This document shows, one piece after another, positions 61,631-64,000 of a stretch of 64,000 nucleotides of DNA (positions are counted from its first letter, which is position 1; each line of letters starts with the position of its first letter). The translations under genes were made by a program, and so were the position numbers. The notes beneath the pieces are model-generated. The model made no database searches and was not told the origin of the DNA. It saw only the letters and a list, made by a program, of their open reading frames with translations. Origin of the DNA: Eukaryota sp. GEM-RC1 (taxonomy: Eukaryota); NCBI GenBank assembly GCA_040285855.1, contig JAUFOQ010000002.1:2976001-3040000 (forward strand). The letters are read 5' to 3'.

Positions 61631-62770
61631 CTAATTACATGTCTGCTAATCAGATCACCAACATGACCCATTCTCAACAACAAGATTACTGGAAAAGATG
61701 GTTTAACTGTGATGACAGAAGTTTTCAAAAAGCCAATTTTGAATTCAACAACTATGCTGTAACTGATGGAATATCGATTTGTTTTCAATTTGTGAGAAAG
61801 GATCTGAAAGGAATGAAATGTAAACCTGATTCAAGTAAAGCTTCAGTAAAGGTACAATATTTCAATGAATGTGAAAGGTCTGATTTTGTTTCTAAACAGA
61901 TGGTTTATGTGGACATTGGAAAGAGAGATATGCTACAACTTGCATCTAAATCAGATAGGGAAACTCAAAATACTCTAAAGAAATACAATTTCTTACGATT
62001 GACATATGCTGAGTGGTCTAGAGTTTCAAGAAAGCATAAAAGAATCCACCAGTACCTTGTCAGAAAGAGATCTGGTACTAGTCCCTCAGGTCAGACAAAG
62101 ACTATTGAAGAATGGAACACTTGGTTAGGTGAAGAACAGGATTCTAAGACAGTCAACTACAACAAATTTAGAGAATTTATGCTGAATAAATGTATTCACT
62201 ACAATGCAACTAAAGACTTCTATGATTTGCATATATGGAGGATTCACAAAATCCAAAATCATGTCCATAAGCAAAAGACAGAGTCTAAATTGGTTAACAG
62301 CATTGTAAAAACTTTCGGTAGTCGTGGTAAAATCGTACTATGTATTGGTGATTTAGGTCAGAAGCCAATGGCGAACTTAAAACACAGTCCACCATCGAGA
62401 ACTAAGACTTGGACTTTATTCTTCCAGAGAAATGGTTTTCTAACAGTGATGAATGATGAGAGAAACACTTCGTCCAAGTGTCCAGAATGTCATGAAGATG
62501 TTTTTGAAACTTCTATTGAGGTTGTCAACCCAAAGCCCAAATCAAGAGAGAAGAGAGAATGGATTCATCCACATGGCTTACTAGAGTGTAAGAGCAAACA
62601 TTGTCTGGGAGAAGTCAAGAAGCGATTGAAGGGGGGAAAAGAAAGGGCATACAGTGCCCAGTCAAATGTATTGGAATCGCAACAAGATGGCTTGCTTGAA
62701 CATGATGAACATGTTCGAGCATTGGATGAATGGTAGTGATAAGAGAGTTGAATATTTATGTAGAAATTAG
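61552..62770 (+). CDS. Fanzor1 (eukaryotic TnpB-family RNA-guided protein), N-terminally short; frameshift in the G-run at 62631-62636
   Basis: VTDGISIC. RuvC-I YVDIG.RD (61912). CIGD. RuvC-II DERNTSSK (62458). Zn finger CPEC...CKSKHC. In the shifted frame YWNRNKMACLNM...EYLCRN* (stop at 62770). Confidence 0.85.
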
Positions 62771-62880
62771 CTTTATTTTTGTTAGCTGGCCGGTGAAACC
62801 CCGCCATATTTGGTTAAGTCCACATACAATGTATATAATTATGTTAACATCAGCCTTCGGGAGAGGAAAACCACAGTAGA
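62771..62880 (+). ncRNA. Candidate Fanzor omegaRNA scaffold (ends unknown)
   Basis: Immediately 3' of the Fanzor stop. Hairpins tggc-c-ggt(gaa)acc-cc-gcca, gtta/acata...tatgt/taac and cc(ttcg)gg. Confidence 0.5.
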
Positions 62881-63185
62881 ATTGACCAGATCAACACCAA
62901 ATGCATTCTGATCAACCTTCACCATTCACTCAACATTTACTGTGTCTGAACCACGGATTCAGTACTATATGAGTGAAGCAAATCTCAATAGGCATCATGG
63001 AACTATGCATGAACAGTGATGAACCGACGACATTGAAATGCCTCTTTTGGGGAGAGGAACATTTTACAAATTTCAAATAATGTCCATAAGATATTCGAAT
63101 TATTAATGTCTTCGACTCCAGTCTAAAGAGCACACACAGTTTATTTGCAGCAACATTGATGTTTAAAAACACCATAACAGGTAAT

Positions 63186-63612
63186 CTATTCAGCTTGCCC
63201 TGAAGAGCTAAACTTGGTTACAGCCTTTGTACCTTCAGAAACAGCATGTTTTGATAACTCGCCAGGCAACAACAGTCTAACAGCAGTTTGAATCTCTCTT
63301 GATGACAATGTATTCCTCTTGTTGATTCTGGCCAACCGAGAAGCTTCAGTAGCAATACGTTCAAAAATGTCATTGACAAAAGAGTTCATGATTCCCATAG
63401 CCTTGGTAGAAATACCAGTATCAGGGTGAACCTGACGGAGAACACGATATATATAAGTAGCCCAAGTTTCCTTACGGGCTTTTTTTTCTCTTTGTAGTAA
63501 CGGGAGCTCCTTCAGCAACAGCCTTTGTAGGTACTTTTGAAGGAGCTTTAGCTGCTACTCCTTTAATGGACTTGGTAGACTTTGTAGACTTGACAGATTT
63601 CTTACCCGGCAT
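63186..63612 (-). CDS. H2B: Histone H2B (frameshift near 63481-63490)
   Basis: MPGKKSVK tail. [16 protein letters not shown]...[30 protein letters not shown]. Confidence 0.97.
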
Positions 63613-63707
63613 AGACAACAAGGATAAGAGAAGTGATATCCTAATGTACAATTGGTGGGACGGCACACTCCGTTTGGCCGACATCTCTTGTTGTTTCTTT
63701 GTTCTCA
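63613..63707. promoter_or_regulatory. Probable bidirectional H2A/H2B promoter
   Basis: 95 bp between divergent ATGs, containing attgg (a reverse CCAAT). Confidence 0.5.
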
Positions 63708-64000
63708 ATGTCTGAGGAAACTGGTGCTCGAACTCTTTCCTATAAAGCTGGTCTTCAATTTCCTGTTGGTCGTATCCGTAGATATCTGCGTGAAGGAAAG
63801 TATGCTGAGCGTATTGGTGCTGGAGCTCCTGTTTACATGGCTGCTGTCCTTGAATATCTAACAGCTGAAGTGTTGGAATTGTCTGGTAACGCTGCAAGAG
63901 ACAATAAGAAGTCTCGCATTGTTCCTCGTCATATTCTCTTGGCTATCCGTAATGATGAAGAACTCAGCAAACTCATGTCTCATATTATGATTCCTTCTGG
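63708..64000 (+). CDS. H2A: Histone H2A (runs off the window; not in the ORF track)
   Basis: [11 protein letters not shown]...[50 protein letters not shown]. Confidence 0.97.
   Translation, partial: MSEETGARTLSYKAGLQFPVGRIRRYLREGKYAERIGAGAPVYMAAVLEYLTAEVLELSGNAARDNKKSRIVPRHILLAIRNDEELSKLMSHIMIPS

Overview
Gene-dense, AT-rich eukaryotic (protist-type) DNA with tiny 29-32 nt spliceosomal introns. Many single-base indels, mostly in homopolymer runs, split real genes and are probably assembly errors. Housekeeping genes include HSP70, RPS9, NHP2, H2A/H2B, DnaJC3, Bdp1-like, PAQR, TmcB-like and tRNA-Ala. A split glycine-cleavage P2 subunit and a stand-alone flavodoxin suggest an anaerobe. Intergenic DNA is full of hAT elements with 8-bp TSDs, TA-flanked MITEs and fragments of RLE-type non-LTR retrotransposons. 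Three loci stand out. (1) 60.4-62.9 kb: an 87-bp tandem-repeat leader, a perfect 2A/StopGo motif and an intact Ulp1/SENP protease, one base out of frame with an N-terminally short Fanzor1 (eukaryotic TnpB) whose RuvC-III Asp reads Asn, followed by a structured candidate omegaRNA. This is either an RNA-guided deSUMOylase-like fusion or a chimeric transposon relic. (2) 0-6.3 kb: two tandem sensor-less IRE1/RNase L-like kinase-KEN ribonucleases carrying C-terminal RRM-like domains, next to an MJ1316-RCC1-BTB gene. (3) 38.9-44.3 kb: a TSD-flanked composite hAT structure carrying an inverted copy of the RRM-coding end of those genes. All family assignments are by motif recognition; no searches were run.
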